DNA of 64,000 bases from an uncultured Acidobacteriota bacterium (GTDB lineage Bacteria > Acidobacteriota > JAQAZP01): positions 800,001 through 864,000 of the forward strand of contig CAWIIB010000001.1 in assembly GCA_963836075.1 (NCBI GenBank), read 5' to 3'. Both the position numbers and the translations under genes were made by a program. Shown piece by piece: positions 21,686 to 31,225 of the stretch. A model generated the notes under the pieces. That model did no database searches. It had not been told where the DNA came from and was given only the letters and a program-made list of their open reading frames with translations. The stretch's first letter is position 1, and each line of letters begins with the position of its first letter.

Positions 21686-23415
21686 ACGGCGGGTGGCGCT
21701 GGTGGTGTAGGCCGGGCCTGATCATCCTGCTGTTCCTGCTGGGTGCACACGGCTTCCTCGGCCTGCAGAGCATGGCACGGAAGTCGGCCACCTTCGACGA
21801 ATACAAGCACCTGCGCAACGGCTACATCTACCTGCGGCCCGGGGTCTACACCAGGATTCCGGAACCGGACGAGCTGATCAACCCGCCGCTGGTCAACGTT
21901 CTCACCGCCCTGCCCCTCACCGGTCTGGAACTCACCGGGACCGAAACCACCGGCGGCCCGACCGGGGACACCGCCCCGCGGACAAAAACCGGGACCTGGA
22001 AACAGACCTTCCCCTTTGACACCGGGCGCCACCCGGACGTCCTGCTGGCCCGCGGCCGGGCCGCCGCCCTGGCGATCTCCCTGCTCACCGGCCTGCTGCT
22101 CTTTGCCTGGGCCCAGCGGCTCTACGGTGAGGCCGGGGGCCTCTGCGCCCTGGCGCTCTACGCGCTTAGCCCCAACATCCTGGCCCATGCCCGGCTGGTC
22201 ACCGTCGACATCGGGTTTGCCGCCTTTGCCCTGCTGGCGGCCCATGCGAGCTGGCGCTGCGCCGCGGCGCCGGGTCGCCGGCGCGCTGTCTGGATGGGCC
22301 TGGCCGCGGGTCTGGCCCTGCTGAGCAAACACAGCGCCCTGGTCTTGCTGCCGCCGCTGATCGTGGCCTTCGTGATCCGCCGGCTGGTCCTGCGGCGGGA
22401 ACTTCCCCAGGACGATCCGAACCGCTCTTTGACTCGCATCGCGGAACACCTGGCCCTGGCCGCTGTCTGCGCCCTGGCCGTGGTCTGGACCGGCTGCCGC
22501 CTCTTTCTGGTCCCCGCCTTCAGCGCCTCCACCGGGGCCGCCGCCTCCTCCGGGTTGTGGGGGTTCCTCGCCGACCCGCTGCGACTCTGGCTCCATGGCG
22601 TCTTCATCGTCAAAGACGCCCGGATGAACGCCTTTCTCTTCGGCAAACTCTCGCTCACCGGCTGGTGGTACTACTTTCCGGCGGCAGTCCTGATCAAGAG
22701 CACCATCCCGGCGCTGCTGCTGGCCGGCAGCGCAACTGTTGGAGCCCTGACCGCCGCCATACGGTTCCGGCGACGGCCGGGCGCCGCGGCCGACGAGCTG
22801 TTTCTCTGGCTCCCGGCCCTTTTCTTCCTCGGGGTGAGCATGGCCGGAGGGATCAACGTGGGGCTGCGCCACGTGCTGGTGATCTACCCCCTGCTCTTCC
22901 TGCTCTGCGGCCGTCTCTGGCCCTGGTCGCGCGAGAGCCGTTCGCTGCGCGCCGCAGTGGTCGTTCTGCTGGTGTTCCATGCCGCAGCGTGCCTGGCGAT
23001 CCACCCGCACCACCTGGCCCACTTCAACCGGCTGTCCGGCGGGCCGGAAAACGGCTACCGGATGATGGTGGACTGCAACCTCGACTGGGGCCAGGACCTG
23101 AAACTTCTGGCGGAATACCTGGAGGGAGCCGGGGATCACGAGGAACTGCGTCTGGCATATTTCGGGCCCACGCCCCCCGAGGTTTACGGGATCAGCAACT
23201 TCCGCGCGGTCAGCCCGGAGAACCAGCTGCACCCCGAGGCGGGTTTTTACGCGGTGAGCGCCACCCGCCTGCAGAACCTCTACGGTTTCCAGCGCACCCC
23301 GGGGCGGTTCCGCTGGCTGCGGGACCGCCCCCCGGACCACCAGCTGGGATATTCAATCCTCCTCTACCGCATCACCCCGGAGGAAGCGTCTCGCCTTGCG
23401 CAGGGTCAAAGCTGA
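21682..23415 (+). CDS. GT-C (ArnT/GT39-like) membrane glycosyltransferase
   Basis: 'SATFDE', 'NPPL', 'SPNILAHARLVTVD', 'SKHSA', 'GLRHVL', 'DCNLDWGQDL'. Confidence 0.85.
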   Translation: MNGGWRWWCRPGLIILLFLLGAHGFLGLQSMARKSATFDEYKHLRNGYIYLRPGVYTRIPEPDELINPPLVNVLTALPLTGLELTGTETTGGPTGDTAPRTKTGTWKQTFPFDTGRHPDVLLARGRAAALAISLLTGLLLFAWAQRLYGEAGGLCALALYALSPNILAHARLVTVDIGFAAFALLAAHASWRCAAAPGRRRAVWMGLAAGLALLSKHSALVLLPPLIVAFVIRRLVLRRELPQDDPNRSLTRIAEHLALAAVCALAVVWTGCRLFLVPAFSASTGAAASSGLWGFLADPLRLWLHGVFIVKDARMNAFLFGKLSLTGWWYYFPAAVLIKSTIPALLLAGSATVGALTAAIRFRRRPGAAADELFLWLPALFFLGVSMAGGINVGLRHVLVIYPLLFLLCGRLWPWSRESRSLRAAVVVLLVFHAAACLAIHPHHLAHFNRLSGGPENGYRMMVDCNLDWGQDLKLLAEYLEGAGDHEELRLAYFGPTPPEVYGISNFRAVSPENQLHPEAGFYAVSATRLQNLYGFQRTPGRFRWLRDRPPDHQLGYSILLYRITPEEASRLAQGQS

Positions 23416-23455
23416 GGGCTAAAATCGGGTGTGAGCGAACAGAGCGGAGAACCTC

Positions 23456-25104
23456 ATGGAGCCGGAACTGCCGGAAAACCGGGAAGCGGAAGAGAACGAC
23501 ATCTACCAGGGGGAATGGCCCCCGACCGCTGGAGGGCCGGCGGGCAGGGGGTTCGCCTCCTCGGCCACGGCCCTGACGCTGGTGCTGGTCCTGATCATTG
23601 CCGCGGGAGCCGGGCTGCGTCTCTTCCGCCTGGGACAGAAAAGTCTCTGGGTGGACGAGGCGATCAGTTGCGCGCTGGCCTCCACCGGCCACGATCCGGT
23701 GGAACTCCCCCCGCTCTATTTCCGGTTGCTGGGACTGACCATGGAGCTGGCGGGCAGCGAGGAGGAGTGGGCGCTGCGTCTGCTCTCGGCCCTCTGCGGT
23801 ATCGCCGCCATTCCACTGGTCTTCCTGCTGGGCCGCGAGGCCGATGACCGCTGGACCGGTGCCGCGGCCGCCCTCATTCTGGCCCTCTCCCCCTACCACG
23901 TCCAGATCTCCCAGGAAGCGAGGAATTACGCCCTGCTTTCCCTGCTGGCGCTGCTATTCTTCCTGCTTCAAACAGTGGCCCGCCGGCGGCGGGGCGCCAT
24001 CTCCGTGCTGGCCTGGGCCGCTTCCGCGCCGGGTACTGGCCGCGGCCCTCTACACCCACCACCTGGCCGTGCTGCTGATCCCGGCCACTCTCCTGCCCCT
24101 GCTGGCCGGGGATCCGTCCCGCCGCCGCCGGGCCCTGGCGTCCTGGGCCGCCGCCCTGGCCCTGGGAACGCTGATCTACCTGCCCCAGTTGCCGCGCACC
24201 ATTGAACAGGTGCGGTTCCACGCCCGGGTGGGCCGGATGGTGGAGGGCCAGCAGCCGGAGGCCGCCCGGTTGGCGCCGCCCGGTCCGGCGGCACGGGTCA
24301 AACCGGCACTGCGCAAGGCCGCCGGCTCCCTCTACTACATGGGAGCCGGCTACCGCTACACCGACCTCTCCGGCGACGGTCTGCGGGAAGCCATGGGCCG
24401 CTACCCCGACCGGCTGCTTTTGCCGGCCTATGTCCTGCTGCCCCTGGGGGCGGCGCTGCTGGGGCTTTTGCTGCTCTGGCGGGACGATCGGCGGGGCATG
24501 GCGGCCCTGCTGGGCGGCACCCTGCTCATCGTGGTCGCTTTCGGTGCGCTGGAGGGGTCACCGGCGAACCACCTGGCCCAGGCCTTCCCCTGCCTGGTGG
24601 TGCTGATGGCCGCCGGTATTCGCGGCCGCGGATCCCTGGCCGTTCCCGCCGTGGCCCTGCTGCTCCTCTCGGGGCTCTACCTCCTGGCCCTGGTGGGATA
24701 CTTCCGCGAGGATACCTACCTGATGCACCGCGAGAACTGGCGGGAGGCCGGAGCTTATCTGGCGCGGGAAGCGGGCCCCGACGACGCCGTGTTCGTCCAC
24801 GGCGGGCGGAACGGCTATTTTGCCGCCAGCTACTACTACCACGGCCCGGCGCCGGTGAGCTGTTACCTCGACGCAGGACCAGCTCTTCTCCCCGTTCTTC
24901 AAAGAAGAGCTGGCCCCGTTTCACATTCCGGACCACATCCGCTCGCTGGCGGCCAGCCACCGGCGGGTCTGGTTCCTCTACCCTGACTGGGGATCGGTGC
25001 AGCGGCAGGGTGAGCTGACCGGCTTGAACCGCGAACTGCTGGTCAAGGCCAGGAATTTCGGCGAGGACCTCTATCTCTACCAGTATCAGTCCCCCACCCC
25101 GTAA
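23456..25104 (+). CDS. GT-C (GT39-like) membrane glycosyltransferase; two apparent frameshifts (~24033, ~24865)
   Basis: 'SLWVDEA', 'PPLYF', 'SQEARNYA'; continues in frame 2 'AALYTHH...ENWREAGAYL' and in frame 3 '...RRVWFLY...LYLYQYQSPTP*'. Confidence 0.75.
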
Positions 25105-25112
25105 CCGGCCGC

Positions 25113-25778
25113 TCAATCTTCGAAAAGGTTTTTCTGGCGCCGCCGTTCCAGCGCGTTGCGGCAGAAGCCGGCCCGGTGCACCTCCGTGGGGCCCAGACGC
25201 TCCAGGGTCTCCAGGTGGGCTTCCGAACCGTAACCCTTGTTCCGCCGGAAGCCGTATTCCGGGTAGCGGTCATGATAGTCGTCCATGATCCGGTCCCGGA
25301 AGACCTTGGCCACGATGGAGGCCGCGGCGATGGAAACGGACCGGGCATCCCCGCCGACCAGCGCCCTCGAGGGCCCGGGCCACTGGTCCGGAGTGCGGTT
25401 GCCGTCCACCAGCACGAACTGGGGCCGGACAACCAGCCGTTCCAGCGCACCGGCCATGGCCTTCATGGTTGCCTGGAGGATGTTCAGCCGCTCGATCTCC
25501 TCCGGCTCCACCCGGCAGATGCCGATGGCCCGGGCGTGCTCCTCGATCAGCGGCACCAGCTGCTCCCGGCGGGCAGTGGTCAGCCGCTTGGAGTCGTCGA
25601 CCCCGGAGAGCGCGGCAGCCAGCCGGGGTGACCAGGGTGGAAGGACCACTGCCGCCGCCACCACCGGGCCGGCCAGGGGACCGCGACCCGCCTCGTCCAC
25701 TCCGGCCACCTGCCGGAATCCACGGCGGGCCAACCGGATTTCCTCGGCATACATCGGATGTTCTGCACCGTCGTCCAT
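25113..25778 (-). CDS. rnhB: Ribonuclease HII
   Basis: 'AGVDEAGRGPLAGPVVAAAV', 'DSKRL', 'VDGN', 'SIAAASIVAKVFRD', 'NKGYG'. Confidence 0.96.
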   Translation of the reverse strand: MDDGAEHPMYAEEIRLARRGFRQVAGVDEAGRGPLAGPVVAAAVVLPPWSPRLAAALSGVDDSKRLTTARREQLVPLIEEHARAIGICRVEPEEIERLNILQATMKAMAGALERLVVRPQFVLVDGNRTPDQWPGPSRALVGGDARSVSIAAASIVAKVFRDRIMDDYHDRYPEYGFRRNKGYGSEAHLETLERLGPTEVHRAGFCRNALERRRQKNLFED

Positions 25779-25997
25779 TGTCCTTCCCCGAAATACCGGG
25801 CGCCGGCAGTCCCGGCGCTGCAGCGCATCATAGACCATCGGCGCCGGCCCGCACCACCCCGGATTGAGAAGGTCCGGATCATATGCTAGGATTCTGGTTT
25901 CAGACAGTTACATGGTCCGGAGACGGCTCCGTTTCCGGCGCAGATTCGCCACGTTCCCGCCCGGCGGGAAATAAAACTGTGGAAAGGTGCTCCATCG

Positions 25998-26732
25998 ATG
26001 TTCATTACCAGACACATACCGCGTACGGCCCTGGTGGCCCTGGCCATCTCCGCCCTTCTCCTGGCCATCTGCCCCGGCGACCTCCAGGCCCAGCAGGCCC
26101 ACTCCGCCGGCGATGCGTCAAAACGGCCACCCAAGGGCCTGGACGACCCCGAATTCGTCGGCAAGTGGGATTTCCAGGTTCCCGGTGATTTCGGTTCCTG
26201 GAAGCCGCTCCAGGCCAGCATCTTTGACATTCGCGATGGACTGGTTTTTGTCAACGCCAAGTCCAAACGCCCCTGCCTCGATTTGGCCGGCCCCTACAGC
26301 GCCGAGCAGATCGCCACCATCGAGGTGCGGATGCGCGGCATCGAGGTAAAACGCGAGACACCCCCCTCCGGCTCGGCGGGCGGTGCCATGGGGGGAGCCA
26401 GCCAGCGGATGCGTGTCCTGCCCCAACTCTACCAGGGCACACGCATCTACTTCACCCGCTCGGCCAAGCAGAAATACGACCCGGAAAACTCCATCGAATT
26501 TCAATTGCCCCTCGACGGTAAGTTTCACGTCCTGACCATCACCCCCGGCGACCACCCTTCCTGGAAGGGATCGATTCAGAAAATTCGCTTTGACCTCGGT
26601 GATTTCCCCCATCAATACGAACTTGACTACATCTATTTCCACCGCGCACAAACCGGCAAAAAGAAGGGTGAAACCAAGGGAGACAAGAACGCGAACAGGG
26701 TCGGAGCCATTACCACGGAGCCAGCAAAGTGA
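25998..26732 (+). CDS. Secreted hypothetical protein, possible carbohydrate-binding beta-sandwich
   Basis: Signal peptide; 'DGKFH......HPSWKGSIQKIRFD' pattern. Confidence 0.6.
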   Translation: MFITRHIPRTALVALAISALLLAICPGDLQAQQAHSAGDASKRPPKGLDDPEFVGKWDFQVPGDFGSWKPLQASIFDIRDGLVFVNAKSKRPCLDLAGPYSAEQIATIEVRMRGIEVKRETPPSGSAGGAMGGASQRMRVLPQLYQGTRIYFTRSAKQKYDPENSIEFQLPLDGKFHVLTITPGDHPSWKGSIQKIRFDLGDFPHQYELDYIYFHRAQTGKKKGETKGDKNANRVGAITTEPAK

Positions 26733-27841
26733 TGATTCACAATCCCCGGACTGAACTCATTGCCGCCGCAGACCGGCCCCGCTCCACCGGGTGGTGTGCG
26801 GCACTGATCCTGCTGACCTTTTGCTTCAGCATCATCACCAGCTCCGCCTGGGCGGTAAACGTGCGGATCAAGGGCAAAGTGGTGGACGGTGAGCAGAACC
26901 CTGTCGAGGGCGTGGCCGTCACGCTCACCGGCAGCCGGATCAAGGGAAAACCGCTCACCGGCACCACCTCCAAAAAAGGTCTCTTCACTTTTATCGTGGA
27001 GACGGGGAGTTTTGACATCCTGCTGGAAAAGGACGGCTACCTGCCGCAGATTATCAAGCTGGACGCCCGGGAGAGCGGGGTCAAGCAGCTGAAGGTGGTC
27101 CTCGAATCGGTGGCACCCACACCGGCAGCCGTGGTTGACGGTTCCGCCCTGCCCGAAGGGATGGGCAGTCTCACCGGCGAGGATGCAAGCCAGCTGAAGA
27201 AGGGGATCAAAGCCCTGGAGCAGGGAGACACGGCAGGCGCGGAGGCCGTCTTCGCCGCACTGGCCCAGTCTTCCCCGGACAAGGCCGAACCCCACTTCTA
27301 CCTCGGTCTGGCCCTGGCCGAGGCCGGAAAACAGGAAGAGGCCGCCGCCAGTTTCCGCCGGGCCATCGAGATCAACCCCGAGCTGGGACAGGCCTACTTC
27401 AACCTCGGCCGAAGTCTGGTGGAACTGGAGGACCATGACGGGGCCGCCGTCGCCTTCGACCAGGCCGTCACCTCCGGCGCCATGGACGGGGTCCACTGCT
27501 ACCAGCTGGCGGCGAACATCTACATCAACCGCAACGACTACACCCGCATCGCCTACTACCTGGAAAAATACTGCCAGCTGAAAACCGGGGAAGCGGAGAT
27601 GCTCTTCCGCCTGGGATCGGCGTACTTCAACATCGGTGAGATGGACAAGTCGGTGGCCGCCCTGGAGCAGGCGGTGGCCGCCGATCCGGAAATGGTGGGG
27701 GCCCACTACCAGCTTGGTCTCACCTACCTCAACCAGGGGATGACCGAGCAGGCGGTGAACTCGTTCAAAATGGTGGTGGAGAAGGCGCCAGACAGCGCCC
27801 TGGCCGCCGAAGCGGGCAACTGGGTGGCCACCCTGCAGTAG
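26729..27841 (+). CDS. Secreted carboxypeptidase-regulatory-like domain + TPR protein
   Basis: 'IKGKVVDGEQNPVEGVAVTL...T...G.F...EKDGY', followed by multiple TPRs. Confidence 0.85.
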   Translation: MMIHNPRTELIAAADRPRSTGWCAALILLTFCFSIITSSAWAVNVRIKGKVVDGEQNPVEGVAVTLTGSRIKGKPLTGTTSKKGLFTFIVETGSFDILLEKDGYLPQIIKLDARESGVKQLKVVLESVAPTPAAVVDGSALPEGMGSLTGEDASQLKKGIKALEQGDTAGAEAVFAALAQSSPDKAEPHFYLGLALAEAGKQEEAAASFRRAIEINPELGQAYFNLGRSLVELEDHDGAAVAFDQAVTSGAMDGVHCYQLAANIYINRNDYTRIAYYLEKYCQLKTGEAEMLFRLGSAYFNIGEMDKSVAALEQAVAADPEMVGAHYQLGLTYLNQGMTEQAVNSFKMVVEKAPDSALAAEAGNWVATLQ

Positions 27842-27873
27842 CTTCCGGCGTCAGCGGTGAAACGGTACATGAC

Positions 27874-27899
27874 GAGGGCCGCGGCAGTCCGCGGCCCTC
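27874..27899. terminator. GC-rich hairpin between convergent genes
   Basis: GAGGGCCGCGG-CAGT-CCGCGGCCCTC, a perfect 11-bp stem; no U-tract. Confidence 0.55.
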
Positions 27900-27921
27900 A
27901 ACTCTGTACGCTCGCCGGCGG

Positions 27922-28938
27922 TCACTTCGCCGCTGTCTTGGCTTCCGGCGGGGTGGCCAGCCCCTCGATCACCGCCGCGGCCAGCAGCGGGATCATCAGC
28001 TCGTGGTGCCCCACGATGCCGAAACTGTCGGCCCCCACATTGCGCGGCCGGGACAGCACGTTGGTCTCCGGGCGGTAGTGGCGGTTGAAATCAAATGTGG
28101 CGGTGAGAAACGGCGCCAGCACGGCACCAAAGTTGCGGGCCAGGGCCAGGGCCTTGAGAAAGACCTCGGGCAGGATCACCGCCGACCCCACGTTGAGGTA
28201 AGCGCCTCCGCGGATCCGGTTCACCGCGGTGCAGAACCGTTTGAAGTCGAGGTGGCTGGCCTGGCCGATATCGGCCCCCGAAGCTCCGGGGTGCATATGG
28301 ATGATGTCGGTCCCGATGGCCACGTGGACCGTGGCCGGGATGCCGAGGCGCCGGGCCGTGGCCAGGATGCTCCGTTCGGCATGCGGCGCATCGAGGTCGA
28401 TGATCTTCTGCCCCACCGCCGCCCCGAGGCCCAGTCCCTGGGCCACCCCCTCGGAGATCGCCTCGTTGATCAGTGTACCGGTGTCGCGGGCCATCCCGAA
28501 GGTCCCTTCCTCCAGTGCCTTGGGCACGTCCTCGGAGGTCTTCCCCGCATAGGCTATCTCAAAGTCGTGGATCACCGCCCCACCGTTCAGCGCCACCAAC
28601 GAAATCACCCCCCGCTCCATCAGGTCGATGTAAATCGGGGAGAGACCGCACTTGATGTTGTGCGCGCCAAGGCCGAAGATCACCATCCGTTTTTCACGGA
28701 CCGCGGTGACCAACCGGGCGACCACGGTCTTCAGGTCCCGGGCGGCCAGCACGTCGGGCAGGCTGTCGAGAAAGCAGGTGATGGTGGCCCCCGCCTCCAG
28801 CGGGCGGGCCTGGCCCTTGAGCTGCACCAGCCGGCCGGCCCTGCTCAACGAATGGGTCTTCACCCGCTCCAGATCCAACGGCTCCAGATCGTCCAGTTCT
28901 GGGCGGGTATCCTTATCATTTCCGGGTAGTTCGTCCAA
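27922..28938 (-). CDS. Conserved protein with deoxyhypusine-synthase-like fold, function unknown
   Basis: 'GAHNIKCGL', 'NGGAVIHDFEIA..G.TSEDV', 'TVHVAIGTDIIHMH', 'GSAVILPEVFLKA', 'GHHELM'. Probable TTG start after GAAGGA. Confidence 0.7.
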   Translation of the reverse strand: MDELPGNDKDTRPELDDLEPLDLERVKTHSLSRAGRLVQLKGQARPLEAGATITCFLDSLPDVLAARDLKTVVARLVTAVREKRMVIFGLGAHNIKCGLSPIYIDLMERGVISLVALNGGAVIHDFEIAYAGKTSEDVPKALEEGTFGMARDTGTLINEAISEGVAQGLGLGAAVGQKIIDLDAPHAERSILATARRLGIPATVHVAIGTDIIHMHPGASGADIGQASHLDFKRFCTAVNRIRGGAYLNVGSAVILPEVFLKALALARNFGAVLAPFLTATFDFNRHYRPETNVLSRPRNVGADSFGIVGHHELMIPLLAAAVIEGLATPPEAKTAAK

Positions 28939-29041
28939 CGGTCCTTCTCTTTCATAAAGGTCCCCGCATGAGGCGCGCCTGGGGGCGGCACGCAGCCGGG
29001 GGAATAACAAACCTGATCAGGTGAGAGACTGCAGGCGGCAA

Positions 29042-29071
29042 ATCTTAGCAAATGGCCGGCGCGGGGGTCAA
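29042..29071 (-). promoter_or_regulatory. Putative sigma70 promoter of the DHS-like gene
   Basis: Minus strand TTGACC-N18-TAAGAT with extended TG. Confidence 0.5.
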
Positions 29072-29084
29072 ATAACACCTGTAC

Positions 29085-29238
29085 AAAAAAAGGGATTGAA
29101 TCATATTTATTTGGTGGGGGCCATGGTTTATGGAATGTTTATGTAGATGAGCCTGTCAGCGGGAAATGGGTAATCAACCAATTAAGGAAGTGACGTGTTA
29201 ACATTTGGAATATGCCTCAATCCCTGAAACAAATTTGA
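29085..29238 (-). ncRNA. Candidate sigma54-dependent small RNA (~150 nt)
   Basis: Starts just downstream of a -24/-12 element; 5' AGGGATTGA pairs with 3' TCAATCCCT, which runs into a T7 tract; AT-rich, no credible ORF. Confidence 0.45.
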
Positions 29239-29249
29239 TTCAAATACAA

Positions 29250-29265
29250 TGCAATGACCGTGCCG
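29250..29265 (-). promoter_or_regulatory. Sigma54 (-24/-12) promoter
   Basis: Minus strand CGGCACGGTCATTGCA (GG-N10-GC). Confidence 0.6.
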
Positions 29266-29545
29266 GATTTCCGGCGAAGGCGGGAACCCTCGCGGGGCAC
29301 TCTCTGGACCCCAGAGACTATTGGCAGAATCGGGTATCTGCCGTTTTACCTGCGGCATGCCGGCGACCAACCGCCGGCGGGAAAGATAGAAAATGTTTTC
29401 ATACTTAAGGGACTTTGCTTCGTACCTCCCCCGATAAATTACTGTGAACAAAGAAAATCGTCCTGAATATCGCCATACCGGACCTTTGACGAAAAGCCCC
29501 ATTACTAACCAATTACACGATTCAGGGGAGGTGATCAGACCGCGG

Positions 29546-30199
29546 CTATTTGCGGATCTCGTAGGTCAGACAGCACATCAGCCGGCCGCAGATCCCTGAT
29601 ATCTTGGAGGGATTGAGGCTCAGGTTCTGTTTCTTGGCCATGCGGATGGAGACCGGCTCGAACTCGCGAAGGAAGGTGGCGCAGCAGAGCGGCTTGCCGC
29701 AGCTGCCGAACCCGCCGAGGAGCTTGGCTTCGTCCCGCACCCCGATCTGCCGCATTTCGATGCGGGTATGGAACTCGTGCGCCAGGTCCCGCACCAGTTC
29801 CCGGAAGTCCACCCGGCCCTCGGCGGTGAAGTAGAAAACCGCTTTCTTGCCGTCAAAGGTGTAGTCCACGGCCACCAGTTTCATCGGCAGCTGGAACTGT
29901 TTGGTCTTGGTCTGGCAGACGGTGTAGGCGTATCGCTCCCGTTCCTTCTTCTTGCGGTAGCGCTCGTCGTCCTCGTGGGTCGCCTTGCGCAGGGCGCGGC
30001 GGAGTGGCCGGCGCTGATCAACAGTGCCGATCATCGACGGCTCGACGGCAACGAACCCGTATTCCAGCCCCCGCTCGGTCTCCACTATGCAGGGGTCGTG
30101 CACCTGCAGGTCCAGTTCCCCGGCGTTGAAATGATAGAGTTTTCCGCTGCGCCGGAACTTGATCCCCACCACTCTCGGTTTTGTTGCCGTCTCGGTCAT
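29546..30199 (-). CDS. PSP1/YaaT (RicT) family Fe-S protein
   Basis: 'FYFTAEGRVDFRELVRDL', 'RIEMRQIGVRDEA', 'CGKPLCC', 'LNPSKISGICGRLMCCL'. Confidence 0.93.
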   Translation of the reverse strand: MTETATKPRVVGIKFRRSGKLYHFNAGELDLQVHDPCIVETERGLEYGFVAVEPSMIGTVDQRRPLRRALRKATHEDDERYRKKKERERYAYTVCQTKTKQFQLPMKLVAVDYTFDGKKAVFYFTAEGRVDFRELVRDLAHEFHTRIEMRQIGVRDEAKLLGGFGSCGKPLCCATFLREFEPVSIRMAKKQNLSLNPSKISGICGRLMCCLTYEIRK

Positions 30200-30315
30200 C
30201 ATCCCTCCGCCAGATGGCTTTCTGTCTGGTGACAGCGCCGGGTTGGTGCCATGCCAATTATGCCACCAAGCGCGGATAAGATCAAGGATATCTTCACTTT
30301 TGAGCGATCCAGACC

Positions 30316-30344
30316 TTGACACCCTCGTGTGCTTGCACTATATT
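30316..30344 (+). promoter_or_regulatory. Sigma70 promoter of smpB
   Basis: TTGACA-N17-TATATT. Confidence 0.7.
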
Positions 30345-30375
30345 CGCTGTTCTTCAAAGGGAGAAGGAGCGCATC

Positions 30376-30864
30376 ATGGCCCCACGAAAAGCGCCCGCCG
30401 CGGCGGAGAAGCCGCTGGCCACCAACCGCAAGGCCCGCCACGAGTATCACATCCTGGAAACAATGGAGGCCGGCATCGTTCTCCAGGGTACGGAAGTGAA
30501 ATCGCTCCGTGAGGGCAAGGCAAATCTCAAGGAGAGCTACGCCCGGGTGCAGGAGGGCGAGGTCTTCCTGGTCAACTGCCATATCAGCCCTTACTCCCAC
30601 GGCAACCTGCAGAACCACGACCCGTTGCGCAAACGCAAACTCCTGCTCAACAAGCGTGAGATCACGCGGCTGCAGACGAAGCTCAACGAGCGGGGATTCA
30701 CCCTGGTGGCACTCAAGTTCTACCTCTCCCGGGGGAAGATCAAGGTTCAGCTGGGGCTGGCCAAGGGAAAGAAGCTCTACGACAAGCGGGAGTCCAAGCG
30801 CAAGAAAGACATGGACCGGGACGCCAGGGCTGAGCTGAAGTCGGGATACCGGGACGCCTACTGA
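30376..30864 (+). CDS. smpB: SsrA-binding protein
   Basis: 'NRKARHEY', '[15 protein letters not shown]', 'RKRKLLL', 'GKKLYDKR'. Confidence 0.97.
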   Translation: MAPRKAPAAAEKPLATNRKARHEYHILETMEAGIVLQGTEVKSLREGKANLKESYARVQEGEVFLVNCHISPYSHGNLQNHDPLRKRKLLLNKREITRLQTKLNERGFTLVALKFYLSRGKIKVQLGLAKGKKLYDKRESKRKKDMDRDARAELKSGYRDAY

Positions 30865-30876
30865 CCGGCCACGGAT

Positions 30877-31140
30877 TCAGCTCTCATCGGCCGGCGTAAA
30901 CTCGCCGGTCTCCACCCGGCGAATCATTTCCCGGTGGTGCTCAACCATGATCCGGCGCAACTGGTCCCGGCCGTTCATCCCCTCGGGCATGCCCCCGTAC
31001 GGGAAGCTGTTGGTTGCCAGGATTGCACCGTCGAGGTAGACCAGCGTCTCGAACCGGCCGCTTACGTCACCCTTGTCCTCGGTCTGGACGTGGTACATTC
31101 GCCCGTTGCAGTTGACGTTGGAATTGAAACCGCCCACCAT
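30877..31140 (-). CDS. Small conserved hypothetical protein (YHVQTED motif)
   Basis: GGAGG RBS; 'GFNSNV..NG..YHVQTEDKG...ETLVY..GAIL'. Confidence 0.7.
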   Translation of the reverse strand: MVGGFNSNVNCNGRMYHVQTEDKGDVSGRFETLVYLDGAILATNSFPYGGMPEGMNGRDQLRRIMVEHHREMIRRVETGEFTPADES

Positions 31141-31225
31141 TGTCAGCCTCCTTGCATCGCCGGCGGGCCGCCGGCATTTGACATGAGACTAGCACTCCCG
31201 TCAGCGGTTGTAAACGGCGATCAGG

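Noticed and set aside
29182-29502. Short ORFs in the AT-rich gap
   Set aside because: No RBS, atypical codon usage and no motifs; the region is better read as regulatory or ncRNA.
30865-31225. tmRNA next to smpB
   Set aside because: No GGGG 5' end, tRNA-like T-arm or CCA seen; the region holds a small CDS.
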